64,000 bases of DNA. It comes from Candidatus Omnitrophota bacterium (GTDB lineage Bacteria; Omnitrophota; Gorgyraeia; 2-01-FULL-45-10). A program made the position numbers and the translations under genes. A model generated the notes under the pieces. That model did not search any database. It was not told the origin of the DNA and was given only the letters and a program-made list of their open reading frames with translations. The stretch lies in NCBI GenBank assembly GCA_041663425.1, contig JBAYMS010000002.1, positions 2,076-66,075 of the forward strand, given 5' to 3'. Positions 28,593 to 38,657 of this stretch are shown piece after piece; position 1 is the stretch's first letter, and every line of letters begins with the position of its first letter.

Positions 28593-29231
28593 ATGATACT
28601 CAGTTTCTTATTAAGCGGTTTTCTTATCGTAACATTTCTTCTGGTGGTAGCCAAAAGAATTACCGCGCTTGTCCGCGCCTTCAGGATGCAGTCGGTATTC
28701 CTTTTTCTGTATACGCTTTATATGGCGCTCAATCAGCGTCATTTTGAGTTATTTATTGTATGCGGACTGGTCTTTGTTCTTAAAGCTGTGATCATACCAT
28801 TTGTCCTTCTGCGTATTACGCGCCGGATAAACGTGGAAGAAGATCTGGGGCTTCTGATAAATCCGCAGGTATCGCTCGTTATAGCGCTTGCCTTCGTATA
28901 TCTTTCATATCTATTTGCGCATAATGCCATGGGGCTTAAAAATCTAGCGGAATCCGCGGCCTTCATAGCCTCGATCACTACCGTGTGCATAGGTTTCTTC
29001 ATTATGGCCAGCCGGATGAAAGCGCTCAGCCAGATAGTGGGGCTTCTAGTTATGGAAAACGGTATATTTCTTGCAGCTGCATCGATAGCGGGAGGGATGC
29101 CGTTTTTCGTAGAAATAGCGTTATTCTTCGACGTCTTTGTATTTGTTATCATTGTCGAGGTTTTTGTGTATAAGGTAAACAGGCTTTTTACGCATATCGA
29201 TACATCTAAGATGCAGTCACTTAAAGGATAA
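28593..29231 (+). CDS. HyfE-like (NuoK-related) small membrane subunit
   Basis: 212 aa, about 6 TM helices; position and size match HyfE/MbhG-type subunits. Confidence 0.6.
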   Translation: MILSFLLSGFLIVTFLLVVAKRITALVRAFRMQSVFLFLYTLYMALNQRHFELFIVCGLVFVLKAVIIPFVLLRITRRINVEEDLGLLINPQVSLVIALAFVYLSYLFAHNAMGLKNLAESAAFIASITTVCIGFFIMASRMKALSQIVGLLVMENGIFLAAASIAGGMPFFVEIALFFDVFVFVIIVEVFVYKVNRLFTHIDTSKMQSLKG

Positions 29232-29233
29232 TA

Positions 29234-30697
29234 ATGTTAATAGCGCTGATAATTTTAATACCGGTTTTTTTGACGATAGCTTCACTATTCATCAGGAAGG
29301 TGAAGCCGGCCGGGATGGTCAACGTATTCGGTTACGCGGCGGTTCTGGCAGTATCTGTTCTGCTATTAAGGGATTTCGTCGCCAAAGGAAATGCGCCCAT
29401 AAATTTGTGGGGATGGTTTTATGTTGATGCGCTCAGCGTATTTTTCCTGCTGACCACCGCTGTGGTTAGTTTTGCGGCGAGCGTGTATTCGATAGGGTAT
29501 ATAAACTTCGAGGTAGAAGAGGGGAAAATATCTGTCCGCAAAGCATGCGCTTATTTCCAATTATTTAATTTATTTTCTCTCGCAATGGTTATGGTGCCCC
29601 TTCTTAGCAACCTGCCGCTGGTCTGGATAGCTATCGAAATGACGACGCTCATCTCAGCTTTCCTTGTGGGATTCCACAATGTAAAGGAATCGATCGAGGC
29701 GGCCTGGAAATATATAATTATTTGTTCAGTTGGCATAACCTTTGCGCTTTTAGGAATAATATTTTTCTATTACACTTCATCGAAAGATGCGGGCGTGAGC
29801 AGCATGGAATGGCTTAGTATGTTCTCCGGCTCCGGCGCGTTTAATCCAAAAGTTGTGAGGCTTGCTCTTGTCTTCATATTTGTAGGATACGGAACAAAAG
29901 CAGGGCTTGCGCCGATGCATAACTGGCTTCCCGATGCGCACAGCCAGGCACTTTCTCCTATAAGCGGACTCTTATCCGGCGTGCTTATAAAAATATCTTT
30001 GTATGCCATATTACGTTTTGTGATGCTGGCAAATCTCTCAGTCGGTTACGCATACAGCGCGAAACTTTTTATACTTTTTGGTTTGGTCTCGATCGCTATC
30101 GCCGGAGCCTTTATACTTGTCCAGAAGGACCTTAAAAGATTATTTGCTTATTCAAGCGTTGAGAACATAGGGCTTATATCTTTAGGTTTTGGGTTCGGGC
30201 CTTTCGGTGGTATAGTCGCCGGACTTCTTCAGGCGTTTAACCACGCTGTAACCAAGGCGCTTATGTTCTTCTGCGCCGGAGAAGCTGTGAGAGTTTATAA
30301 AACCAACAATATGAACCAGATGCAGGGCATGATAAAGGTGATGCCGTTTACAGGTACGGCGATGTTTCTCGGGCTCTTTGCGCTCGTCGGGATGCCGCCT
30401 TTCTCTATATTTATAAGTAAGGTGGCGATATTCATAGCCGCATTCCAGGGAAAACACTATTTTGCCGCTTCGGTCATGTTCATCTTTATAGCGCTTGCTT
30501 TTGCGGGGCTGCTCTATCATATAAGCAGAATAATTTTAAGGAATAAGCCTCAGGCTATGCCCGTCCAGAAAGAACCTTTAAGTGCAAAAATAGCTTTTAT
30601 ATTTTTAGGAGTTTTCATATTAGGATTCGGGTTAGCGATACCTCGGGTGTTTTTTGAATTGCTTTTAAATTGTCAGCAGCTTATTTTGGGTAAATAG
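29234..30697 (+). CDS. NuoN/HyfF-like antiporter-like membrane subunit
   Basis: 487 aa; WLPDAHSQALSPISGLLSGVLIKISLYAILRF motif. Confidence 0.8.
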   Translation: MLIALIILIPVFLTIASLFIRKVKPAGMVNVFGYAAVLAVSVLLLRDFVAKGNAPINLWGWFYVDALSVFFLLTTAVVSFAASVYSIGYINFEVEEGKISVRKACAYFQLFNLFSLAMVMVPLLSNLPLVWIAIEMTTLISAFLVGFHNVKESIEAAWKYIIICSVGITFALLGIIFFYYTSSKDAGVSSMEWLSMFSGSGAFNPKVVRLALVFIFVGYGTKAGLAPMHNWLPDAHSQALSPISGLLSGVLIKISLYAILRFVMLANLSVGYAYSAKLFILFGLVSIAIAGAFILVQKDLKRLFAYSSVENIGLISLGFGFGPFGGIVAGLLQAFNHAVTKALMFFCAGEAVRVYKTNNMNQMQGMIKVMPFTGTAMFLGLFALVGMPPFSIFISKVAIFIAAFQGKHYFAASVMFIFIALAFAGLLYHISRIILRNKPQAMPVQKEPLSAKIAFIFLGVFILGFGLAIPRVFFELLLNCQQLILGK

Positions 30698-32281
30698 ATG
30701 AATAATTCTGAGTATATAAAAAACATTTTAAATTCTGAAAATATCGAAGCGCTTAATTTGTCCATGGCGTATGAGGATGAGTTATATATAAAAGCATCCG
30801 GAGCGGATTTTGGCAGAATATGTAAGGCGCTGCACAAACGCCTTGATTCTCCGGTAATGACATTTTTCGCTGAGGATATGCGCCTGACATCAGGCGTATT
30901 CGTATTGACATGTGTTTTTCTAAGCATTCAGAGCCGTTCCTGGATATTTATCCAGCAGGATATTCCGCAGGACGATCCTAAATTTACTTCGCTCGCAAAA
31001 GATATTTATTCCGCCAGTCTTTTCGAGCGGGAGATGCGGGAAATGTTCGGCATAAAGCCCGAAGGCAATCCTGATGCCAGAAGCCTCAGACTTCATGATG
31101 AGGTATGGCCGAAAGGATACTATCCGCTGCGTAAAGATTTTGTTCCCCCGAAGGAGAAACCTGACGGGAGCGCGCAATATCAGTTTAAACGCGTAGACGG
31201 CGAAGGGATATTTGAAGTTCCGGTCGGGCCAGTCCACGCGGGCATTATCGGCCCTGGCCATTTCAGGTTCAGTGTGGCAGGTGAGCCCATTGTAAATTTA
31301 GAGACACGTCTTGGCTGGACACACAGAGGTGTGGAGAAAATTCTCGAAGGCAAAGGGCTTGATGAAGCCGTAAATATAGCAGAATGCATAAGCGGTGATA
31401 CCGCGTTTGGCTACAGCCTTGCCTTTTGCAAAAGTGCGGAAAAGATACTCAGTATAGAAGTCCCCGTCAGGGCACAGCTCCTACGCGTCATGTTTTTAGA
31501 AATGGAACGGCTATATAATCATGCAAATGACATGGGCGGTATCGCCCTGGATGTCGGTTTCAGCTTTCCGGCGCAGTTTGCGAGCCTGATCAAGGAAGCT
31601 ATCCTGCGGCTTAATGAGGATCTGACCGCCTCGCGATATCTTAAAGGTGTAAATGCAGTCGGCGGGGTGAAGAAAAATATAAGCAGGGAGAAACTTAAAA
31701 TCGTTCCCGAGCTTCTTGAAAAAATAGAAAAAGATCTTCTCGCTATGGAGGATATGCTATTTTCGAGCATATCTTTTATGGACCGTTCTGATGCCACGGG
31801 AATTTTACGGACAAAGACGGCGCGCGACCTTGGCATAACCGGAGTTGCGGCACGCGCGAGCGGCATAGGGCTGGACGTGAGAAAAGTTTTTGCGGATATT
31901 TATAATAAATTTTCTTTTACGATGCCGAAAGAACATGCAGGCGATGTAACCGCCCGCCTTAAGATCCGGTGTTCTGAAGTTAAGGAATCGATATCGATAA
32001 TAAAACAATGTCTGGGCAGGTTAGATAACTGTGATTCACGAATCAGGGATATAGTTCCGGAAAGAGAAGGCGCGGCGCTGGGCTGTGTTGAAGCATGGCG
32101 TGGAGCGGTGCTTGTCTGGACCAGGCTGGATGTCAAAGGAAAGATCGTCAGATGTAAAATAACGGATCCTTCTTTCCATAACTGGGATGGGCTTTCTTTT
32201 GCGGTGCTGGGAAATATTATTCCAGATTTTCCGTTATGCAATAAAAGTTTCGACTTGTCATATTCGGGTAACGACCTATGA
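30698..32281 (+). CDS. Fused NuoC-NuoD / HycE-like 'large subunit' homologue lacking the NiFe-ligand cysteines
   Basis: 527 aa; GPVHAGIIGPGHFRF...WTHRGVEK core is present; the N-terminal RxCGxC position reads AECISGDTAFGY (both Cys replaced) and the C-terminal DPCxxC position reads DPSFHNWDG (no Cys). Confidence 0.8.
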   Translation: MNNSEYIKNILNSENIEALNLSMAYEDELYIKASGADFGRICKALHKRLDSPVMTFFAEDMRLTSGVFVLTCVFLSIQSRSWIFIQQDIPQDDPKFTSLAKDIYSASLFEREMREMFGIKPEGNPDARSLRLHDEVWPKGYYPLRKDFVPPKEKPDGSAQYQFKRVDGEGIFEVPVGPVHAGIIGPGHFRFSVAGEPIVNLETRLGWTHRGVEKILEGKGLDEAVNIAECISGDTAFGYSLAFCKSAEKILSIEVPVRAQLLRVMFLEMERLYNHANDMGGIALDVGFSFPAQFASLIKEAILRLNEDLTASRYLKGVNAVGGVKKNISREKLKIVPELLEKIEKDLLAMEDMLFSSISFMDRSDATGILRTKTARDLGITGVAARASGIGLDVRKVFADIYNKFSFTMPKEHAGDVTARLKIRCSEVKESISIIKQCLGRLDNCDSRIRDIVPEREGAALGCVEAWRGAVLVWTRLDVKGKIVRCKITDPSFHNWDGLSFAVLGNIIPDFPLCNKSFDLSYSGNDL

Positions 32282-32802
32282 GCTTTAATATAATTAAAAA
32301 CGGTATTAAAAAAGGCAGAGTTACTATAAAACTTGATCCGGCAGACGTTTTAGTGCCGCCGGAGATAGAAAAAATAGGGCATCAGCTCAGGAAAGCGGTC
32401 CATGCGAAGTTCGGCAGATCGTTCCATATCCGCGAAGTGGATACAGGCTCCTGCGGTGCCTGTGAGTCTGAAATAATTGCGTGTTCAAATCCATTGTATG
32501 ATATCCAGCGTTTCGGAATAGATTTCGTCGCTTCGCCGCGCCACGCGGACGCTCTTCTGGTTACGGGACCTGTTTCCAAAAATATGGAACTCGCGCTTAA
32601 AAAAACTTACGAAGCTATGCCCGAGCCTAAGCTTGTAATTACCCTCGGAGATTGCGCCAAAGGCGGCGGTTTATTCAAAAACTCTTATTATGCATGCTCC
32701 GGCGTGGAAAATGTCCTGCCTGTTATTCTGCACATCCCCGGTTGCCCTCCAAGCCCGCTGGCTATTATGAAAGCACTGCTGGCATTTCTGAAATCAGCAT
32801 AA
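32278..32802 (+). CDS. NuoB/HycG-like [4Fe-4S] small subunit
   Basis: 174 aa; four Cys (GSCGACESE, GDCAKGGG, IPGCPP) consistent with a proximal cluster site. Confidence 0.8.
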   Translation: MSFNIIKNGIKKGRVTIKLDPADVLVPPEIEKIGHQLRKAVHAKFGRSFHIREVDTGSCGACESEIIACSNPLYDIQRFGIDFVASPRHADALLVTGPVSKNMELALKKTYEAMPEPKLVITLGDCAKGGGLFKNSYYACSGVENVLPVILHIPGCPPSPLAIMKALLAFLKSA

Positions 32803-32854
32803 TCTGACAAAAATAGTTTGTTTCTGCATGCAATTCCTATATAATGAATGACAA

Positions 32855-33634
32855 ATGCCTATTTCACATGCGTTAATATTAGGAATTATTCAGGGGCTGA
32901 CCGAAGTTTTCCCTATATCGAGCTCAGCACACCTTACTCTTATTCCATGGTTTTTGAAATGGAATTATCAGGGGTTGTCTTTTGATGTGGCGCTTCATGT
33001 GGGAACGGCGCTGGCATTAGTCGTGTATTTTTTTAAGGACTGGATAAAAATAATCTCATCCGCTTTTACAAAAGACAAAACCAAAAAAAATAACATACTC
33101 TGGTATATGGTCCTGGCGACAATACCCGGCGCATTGATCGGTCTGATCTTTGAGGATGCGGCGGAAACCTATTTTCGCGCCCCTCTCTTAATGGCAGCTA
33201 CTTTGATCGTCTTTGCGATAATCCTCTGGCTTGCCGATCATTTAGGCAGAAAAGATAAAGAGATGGATGCGATGGATCTTAAGACGGCGGTTATCATAGG
33301 TTTTGCGCAGGCTCTGGCGATAATTCCGGGGGTGTCGCGTTCGGGTATAACAATTACAGCAGGGCTGGCCAAGGGATTTTCCCGCCGTTCCGCTGCCAGA
33401 TTTTCGTTTTTACTGGCGACACCGATCATTGTTGCGGCCGGTGTATTAAAGCTTCCCAAACTTCATGCTTCAGATCTGACCGCAGCATTCTGGATAGGTG
33501 TGTTAGCGTCGGCAGTAAGCGGATATCTGGGAGTAAAGTTTTTGCTTAATTTTGTAAGAAAATCCAGCCTCAATATATTTGTATGGTATCGCATAGCGGT
33601 GGCATTTATTATTATAGCTGTGTTTTTTAAATAA
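32855..33634 (+). CDS. uppP: Undecaprenyl-diphosphate phosphatase
   Basis: BacA/UppP motifs ILGIIQGLTEVFPISSSAHL and PGVSRSG; 259 aa. Confidence 0.85.
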   Translation: MPISHALILGIIQGLTEVFPISSSAHLTLIPWFLKWNYQGLSFDVALHVGTALALVVYFFKDWIKIISSAFTKDKTKKNNILWYMVLATIPGALIGLIFEDAAETYFRAPLLMAATLIVFAIILWLADHLGRKDKEMDAMDLKTAVIIGFAQALAIIPGVSRSGITITAGLAKGFSRRSAARFSFLLATPIIVAAGVLKLPKLHASDLTAAFWIGVLASAVSGYLGVKFLLNFVRKSSLNIFVWYRIAVAFIIIAVFFK

Positions 33635-33652
33635 ATTAAAGGAGTTCTGCGC

Positions 33653-34294
33653 GTGGAATTTATTAAAAGTTTACTCGATCTCGCAATCCATTTTGATAAG
33701 CACCTGAATGCGATGATCCAGAGCTTCGGGGGCTGGTCCTATCTGGTGCTTTTCGTGATCATTTTCGCAGAAACGGGCCTGGTCGTTACGCCGTTCCTCC
33801 CGGGAGATTCGATGATATTTGCCGTAGGGACATTCGCCGCAATGGGATCGCTGGACGTAGCGTGGCTTTTTGCAGTGCTTGTGAGCGCCGCGATCATCGG
33901 AGACAGCGTAAATTATGCGATCGGAAAATTTATCGGCGAAAAGGCTTTTCACATGAAGAATTCCAAAATATTTAAAAAAGAATACCTCGACAAGACCCAT
34001 AAATTTTATGAAAAATACGGCGGCAAAACTATAATACTGGCGAGATTCGTCCCGATAGTGCGGACGTTTGCGCCGTTCGTCGCCGGCGTAGGCATTATGA
34101 GTTATAGAAAATTCTTTGCCTATAATATTATCGGCGGTATTTTGTGGGTAGCAGTATTCCTCTACGGCGGATATTTTTTCGGTAACATGCCAGTCATAAA
34201 AAATAATTTTTCGATAGCGATATTCGCGGTAATAATACTCTCTATATTACCCATAGGGGTCGAATATTGGAAACACAAAAGAACGAAAAAATAG
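33653..34294 (+). CDS. DedA/SNARE-associated family membrane protein
   Basis: VTPFLPGDSMIFAVG and IARFVPIVRTFAPFVAG DedA signatures; 213 aa. Confidence 0.8.
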   Translation: MEFIKSLLDLAIHFDKHLNAMIQSFGGWSYLVLFVIIFAETGLVVTPFLPGDSMIFAVGTFAAMGSLDVAWLFAVLVSAAIIGDSVNYAIGKFIGEKAFHMKNSKIFKKEYLDKTHKFYEKYGGKTIILARFVPIVRTFAPFVAGVGIMSYRKFFAYNIIGGILWVAVFLYGGYFFGNMPVIKNNFSIAIFAVIILSILPIGVEYWKHKRTKK

Positions 34295-35757
34295 TTTTTC
34301 CGGAAGATCTTAAAGAGCAATTTAAAGATCTTGTGAATTCGCGCTGCGGATTATATTTTAAAGACTACGACCTGAAAGACCTCGAGTTCGCCCTGACAAA
34401 CCGCATAAAAGAACTCGGCCTTGATTCAGCGCATGCTTATTACAACATACTGACATTATCCGAAAAGAAAGAGGATGAATTCAGGGAACTTCTCAATCTT
34501 CTCACCGTAAAGCATACCTACTTTTTCAGGAATGAGCCGCAGTTCAAAGTCCTGAAAGAAAAAATACTCCCTGATCTGATGTCTCGCAAGAAGACTATTC
34601 GTATATGGAGCGCTGGCTGCGCTACCGGCGAAGAGCCGTATTCCATTGCCATGATAATAAAAGATATGTTATCCGCCTATGAAGGATGCAGCGTCGAGAT
34701 AGTTGCTACCGATGTGTCTACGAAAGCCATTGAGAATGCGCAGCGCGGTATTTATGGTGCAAATTCTATGAGGCTCGTTGATGATGAGCATAGAAAAAAG
34801 TATTTTACCGAAGAACACAATCCGTCGCTTGGCCTAAGATATGCGATAAAAGACGCGATAAAAAATATGGTAAATTTCGCATATTTCAATCTGATGGAAA
34901 ATACGTATCCCGGAGATTTCGATATAATCTTCTGCCGTAACGTCGTTATATATTTCGAACTTAGCACTACCATTTCCGTAATGAATAAATTTGCTGATAG
35001 TCTTAAGGAGGATGGGTATCTGTTTATAGGTTATTCAGAGAGCCTTCAGTTCATATCCGACAAATTTAAGATGGAAAGCCGGGAGGATGCTATTTTTTAT
35101 ACGAAGGCCGGGGATGTCAGGATCTCGTCGTGTGTCGCAGGCTACAAAGGGCCGAAGCCGCGGAAAATGGAAAGCATTATCGAGGAAATCTCCGAAGCTG
35201 AGGTTGAGGCCGGTTCGCAGGAAAAATGGGCTAAAGTAATAACATCGGCTAAGCTTAAAGATATCCTTGTGCAGGCGATCGAAGCTATGTTTTTAAAGAA
35301 ATATCAGGAAGTGCTGAGCCTCGCAGAAGCCGGCCGCCTTATTGATGGGGATGCCGTAGAGTTTTATTATCTGGCCGCCGAGGTCAATTTAAATCAGGGT
35401 CATTTCGCCGATGCTAAAAAGAATCTCGATATAATCCTGGAAAAGAATGCTCTCTTCGCTCCCGCTTACTATCTTTTCGGGTCGCTATTCATAGAAGAGG
35501 GCAGGGCTGAGGATGCGGAAAAGAGTTTCAGGAAGGCTTTATACCTTGATGGCAAGTTCTTGCTGGCACATTTTGGGATAGCCAATATTTACAGGGATTT
35601 AGGCAGGATACACGATGCTATACGCGCATACAGAAATACCCTTAATATTTTGTCAAAATGTAAATCATATGATATAATTGCATACAGTGGCGGTTTTAAC
35701 GCAACGACTCTTGCAAGTGTCTGTAGGAATAACTTGGAGCGTTTAAAAACGGCGTAG
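34267..35757 (+). CDS. cheR: CheR-type chemoreceptor methyltransferase with C-terminal TPR repeats
   Basis: CheR SAM-binding IRIWSAGCATGEEPYSIAMI...CRNVVIYF; TPR-like repeats in the last 150 aa; 496 aa. Confidence 0.8.
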   Translation: METQKNEKIVFPEDLKEQFKDLVNSRCGLYFKDYDLKDLEFALTNRIKELGLDSAHAYYNILTLSEKKEDEFRELLNLLTVKHTYFFRNEPQFKVLKEKILPDLMSRKKTIRIWSAGCATGEEPYSIAMIIKDMLSAYEGCSVEIVATDVSTKAIENAQRGIYGANSMRLVDDEHRKKYFTEEHNPSLGLRYAIKDAIKNMVNFAYFNLMENTYPGDFDIIFCRNVVIYFELSTTISVMNKFADSLKEDGYLFIGYSESLQFISDKFKMESREDAIFYTKAGDVRISSCVAGYKGPKPRKMESIIEEISEAEVEAGSQEKWAKVITSAKLKDILVQAIEAMFLKKYQEVLSLAEAGRLIDGDAVEFYYLAAEVNLNQGHFADAKKNLDIILEKNALFAPAYYLFGSLFIEEGRAEDAEKSFRKALYLDGKFLLAHFGIANIYRDLGRIHDAIRAYRNTLNILSKCKSYDIIAYSGGFNATTLASVCRNNLERLKTA

Positions 35758-35779
35758 CATCCTTAAATCAAGGAGCCTA

Positions 35780-36244
35780 GTGCACTTACTGACATTCCTT
35801 TTGGCGGAGAAGGAATACGCTGTTGACGTTGACAGCGTCCGCGAAGTAAGGCGTATAAAAACTATCATACCCATACCGAAGACTTTAGACTTCGTTGAAG
35901 GTGTCGTAAGTCTTCGCGGCAATGTCATTCCCATAATAAATTTACGCAAAAAGCTCGGCCTTCCCGGCCTGCAAAAATCAAATCTCAACAGAGTCCTGAT
36001 GGTGGAATTGAATGACCATATTATCGGCATTGCTGTCGATAATGTTATTGGGGTTGTGTCTGTTGATGGATTAAATATCGAATCTCCCGACGAACTTCTT
36101 AAAGATGCCGCATATCTTAAAGGTGTTGCTAAATCCGGTCACCGTCTTATCCTGATAATAGATATTATGAGCTTATTGTCGGGCGAAGAGACTCTGGGGA
36201 TTTCTGATATACACAAAAAGGTTGAGATCCGAAAGAAGGCCTGA
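35780..36244 (+). CDS. cheW: CheW coupling protein
   Basis: 154 aa CheW-like domain (EYAVDVDSVREV...LRGNVIPIINL). Confidence 0.8.
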   Translation: MHLLTFLLAEKEYAVDVDSVREVRRIKTIIPIPKTLDFVEGVVSLRGNVIPIINLRKKLGLPGLQKSNLNRVLMVELNDHIIGIAVDNVIGVVSVDGLNIESPDELLKDAAYLKGVAKSGHRLILIIDIMSLLSGEETLGISDIHKKVEIRKKA

Positions 36245-36249
36245 AATTT

Positions 36250-36768
36250 ATGGATGAGCAGGATAAAGTAATAATAGAGGTCAGCGAAGAAGAATTTGAG
36301 GCCATGAGAGAGGTGAAGAAGACCGTCAGAGTGCTTTCTTTCTCTCTGGGCAGTGAGCATTATTGTATTGATATAACTGATGCCAAGGAGGTTTTCCGGC
36401 CTTCCGCCATTACCAAGGTGCCGAATGCCCCGGCTTTCATTTTCGGGATCACCAATATTCACGGTGAAATAATACCTTTGATAGATATACGGTATTTTCT
36501 GGGCTTAGCCTCAAAGGAAGGGCTTGGCTCAACAAAGGTTATAGTTACTGATGTTATGGCAAGCCATGTAGGTGTTGTTGTCGATGAAGTTAATGAGGCC
36601 ATTGACATCGAGGAGGATTCGATACAGCCGCCGCTTGCTACTATCAAAGGCTCGCTTGCTGTTTTTACAAAAGGCCAGGTCCAGATCGGGAACGATATAA
36701 TAGTTTTGTTGGATCTGAAAAAAATACTGAATTGCAAAGAAATGGAGAACTTAAAAAAAGGAGTATGA
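36250..36768 (+). CDS. cheW: CheW-like coupling protein (second copy)
   Basis: 172 aa; acidic N-terminal tail plus CheW domain ([12 protein letters not shown]...[11 protein letters not shown]). Confidence 0.75.
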   Translation: MDEQDKVIIEVSEEEFEAMREVKKTVRVLSFSLGSEHYCIDITDAKEVFRPSAITKVPNAPAFIFGITNIHGEIIPLIDIRYFLGLASKEGLGSTKVIVTDVMASHVGVVVDEVNEAIDIEEDSIQPPLATIKGSLAVFTKGQVQIGNDIIVLLDLKKILNCKEMENLKKGV

Positions 36769-36769
36769 G

Positions 36770-38650
36770 ATGGAGACCGCAGGACAAGTCAGGATTAGCA
36801 TAAAGACTAAGTTGATTGTTATCTTTTTAGCCATAGCGCTTATACCGCTTGCGATTACAGGCTACATAGGGTATTCATCGGCTAAGGCGGCCCTGGAGAA
36901 AAGTTCCTTTGAAAGCCTGAAAGCTATATCGGCCGCTAAGGAAGAATCTCTTATAAGATATATCAGGACTAAAGTAAAGGTCACAAAAGGTTTTGCGAGT
37001 GATATTTATATACGCGAAACGCTTGAAAAGATAGAGCAAGGTGGTCCAGACGCTTTAAGACTTGCGGGTGAACTCACAAAATATCTTGCCGAAGAAAAAG
37101 AACCTGTTGATGGCGATATAGACGTAACGCATGTAATCAATACGGATGGCAAAATAATAGCGTCCACAATAGCTGCGCGCATAGGCGAAGATGCTTCCCA
37201 GACAGATTATTTTACTGAAGGTAAAAAGGGGCTGTATATCAAAGATGCGTATCTTTCTACCGATAACGGTAAAGAGTCTTTCTCTGTTGCCATTCCCCTG
37301 AAAAAGAGAGATGGTGGCCAGATTGTGGGCGTGCTGGTCAACCGTTATCAAACAACGGAACTTAACAAAATACTTTCCGACAGGGAGGGTATGGGCGAGA
37401 CGGGAGAGACTTATATAGTTAATAAAGATAGTTATATGATCACCGCTTCAAAATTTATAAAAGATGCATTTCTTAAACAGAAGGTTGACACCGATCCTGT
37501 CAAATTATACCAATCCGACAAACAGACTATGTCGGGTGTTTATAAAGATTATCGTGGCCATGTAACCTTAGGTGCTTCACATGGAGCTATTTTTGACAAA
37601 GAGTTTGGTCTTGGATGGGTGGTCTTGGCAGAGATAGATGTAAATGAGGCGTTTGGCCCGGTAGCGAAGCTGCGAAGCATGATACTTTTAATGATACTGC
37701 TTGTTGCAATCACTATTACTTTTGTGGCTATCGTTATATCAGAGACTATGGTCAGACCAATAATTACATTGACTCAAGCAGCTAATAAAGCGGCTGGAGG
37801 CGATCTTACGGTAGCTATGTCGATAAAAAGTAATGATGAGATAGGGGTGCTGGCGAATAGCTTCAACATGATGGTCAGGAATTTAAGCGAAATATTATCA
37901 AAAGCTAAAGAAGCTGTCGGCCAGGTGACTTCCGGTTCAACCGAGATACTGTCTGCGAGCCAACAGCAGGCTTCCAGCGCACGCGAACAGTCGTCGGCTA
38001 TAAATGAAACCACTTCTGCGGCTGCAGAGTTGTCAAAATCAGCTGAGCAGATAGGTGATAGTATAAAACAGGTTTCTCAGTCCGCTATTCATGCTTTGGC
38101 GGGCATGAGCAAGATTAAAGATGCTATAGGCAAGACGAGCGACAAGATAACCTCCTTGAGTGAAAAATCTCAGCAGATAGGCAAGATCACGGAGCTTATA
38201 AATGATGTTGCCGATCAGACAAATCTTCTTGCCGTTAACGCTGCTATAGAAGCGGCAAGGGCAGGTGAACACGGGCGGGGATTTACAGTGGTTGCGGATG
38301 AGATACGCAAACTCGCCGACTCGACTTCTAAATCGACCAAAGACATTACTGCTCTGATCGAGATCATCCAGCACGAGATGTCAAATGCGATAATGGCAAT
38401 GGAGCAAAGCATAATAAGTGTGAATGAGGAAGTTGCGTTATCCCAGGAATCGGCGGATAGCGCTAAAGAGATAGCGATGGGGGCCGCGCAGCAGGTGGCT
38501 GGTTCAAGACAGATCGCAGAGGCCATGACGAGCATAAACGAGGCTATGAAACAGATCTCTGAGGGTGCCAGCCAGGCTCAGGCAGCCGCCAAGCAGCTGA
38601 ATCTTTTAGCCAGCGAGGTCAGAGCGATCACCATTAAATTTAAGGTATAA
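36770..38650 (+). CDS. Methyl-accepting chemotaxis protein with periplasmic Cache-like sensor and HAMP
   Basis: 626 aa; TM1, periplasmic domain of about 270 aa, TM2, HAMP, MCP signalling domain ([31 protein letters not shown]). Confidence 0.85.
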   Translation: METAGQVRISIKTKLIVIFLAIALIPLAITGYIGYSSAKAALEKSSFESLKAISAAKEESLIRYIRTKVKVTKGFASDIYIRETLEKIEQGGPDALRLAGELTKYLAEEKEPVDGDIDVTHVINTDGKIIASTIAARIGEDASQTDYFTEGKKGLYIKDAYLSTDNGKESFSVAIPLKKRDGGQIVGVLVNRYQTTELNKILSDREGMGETGETYIVNKDSYMITASKFIKDAFLKQKVDTDPVKLYQSDKQTMSGVYKDYRGHVTLGASHGAIFDKEFGLGWVVLAEIDVNEAFGPVAKLRSMILLMILLVAITITFVAIVISETMVRPIITLTQAANKAAGGDLTVAMSIKSNDEIGVLANSFNMMVRNLSEILSKAKEAVGQVTSGSTEILSASQQQASSAREQSSAINETTSAAAELSKSAEQIGDSIKQVSQSAIHALAGMSKIKDAIGKTSDKITSLSEKSQQIGKITELINDVADQTNLLAVNAAIEAARAGEHGRGFTVVADEIRKLADSTSKSTKDITALIEIIQHEMSNAIMAMEQSIISVNEEVALSQESADSAKEIAMGAAQQVAGSRQIAEAMTSINEAMKQISEGASQAQAAAKQLNLLASEVRAITIKFKV

Positions 38651-38657
38651 AACTTAG

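Noticed and set aside
30698-32281. Interpretation as a genuine [NiFe]-hydrogenase large subunit (formate hydrogenlyase / Hyf)
   Set aside because: Both CxxC ligand pairs are absent (AECISGD instead of RxCGxC, DPSFHNW instead of DPCxxC) and no hyp maturation genes are nearby. It is treated as an Ehr-type non-hydrogenase complex.
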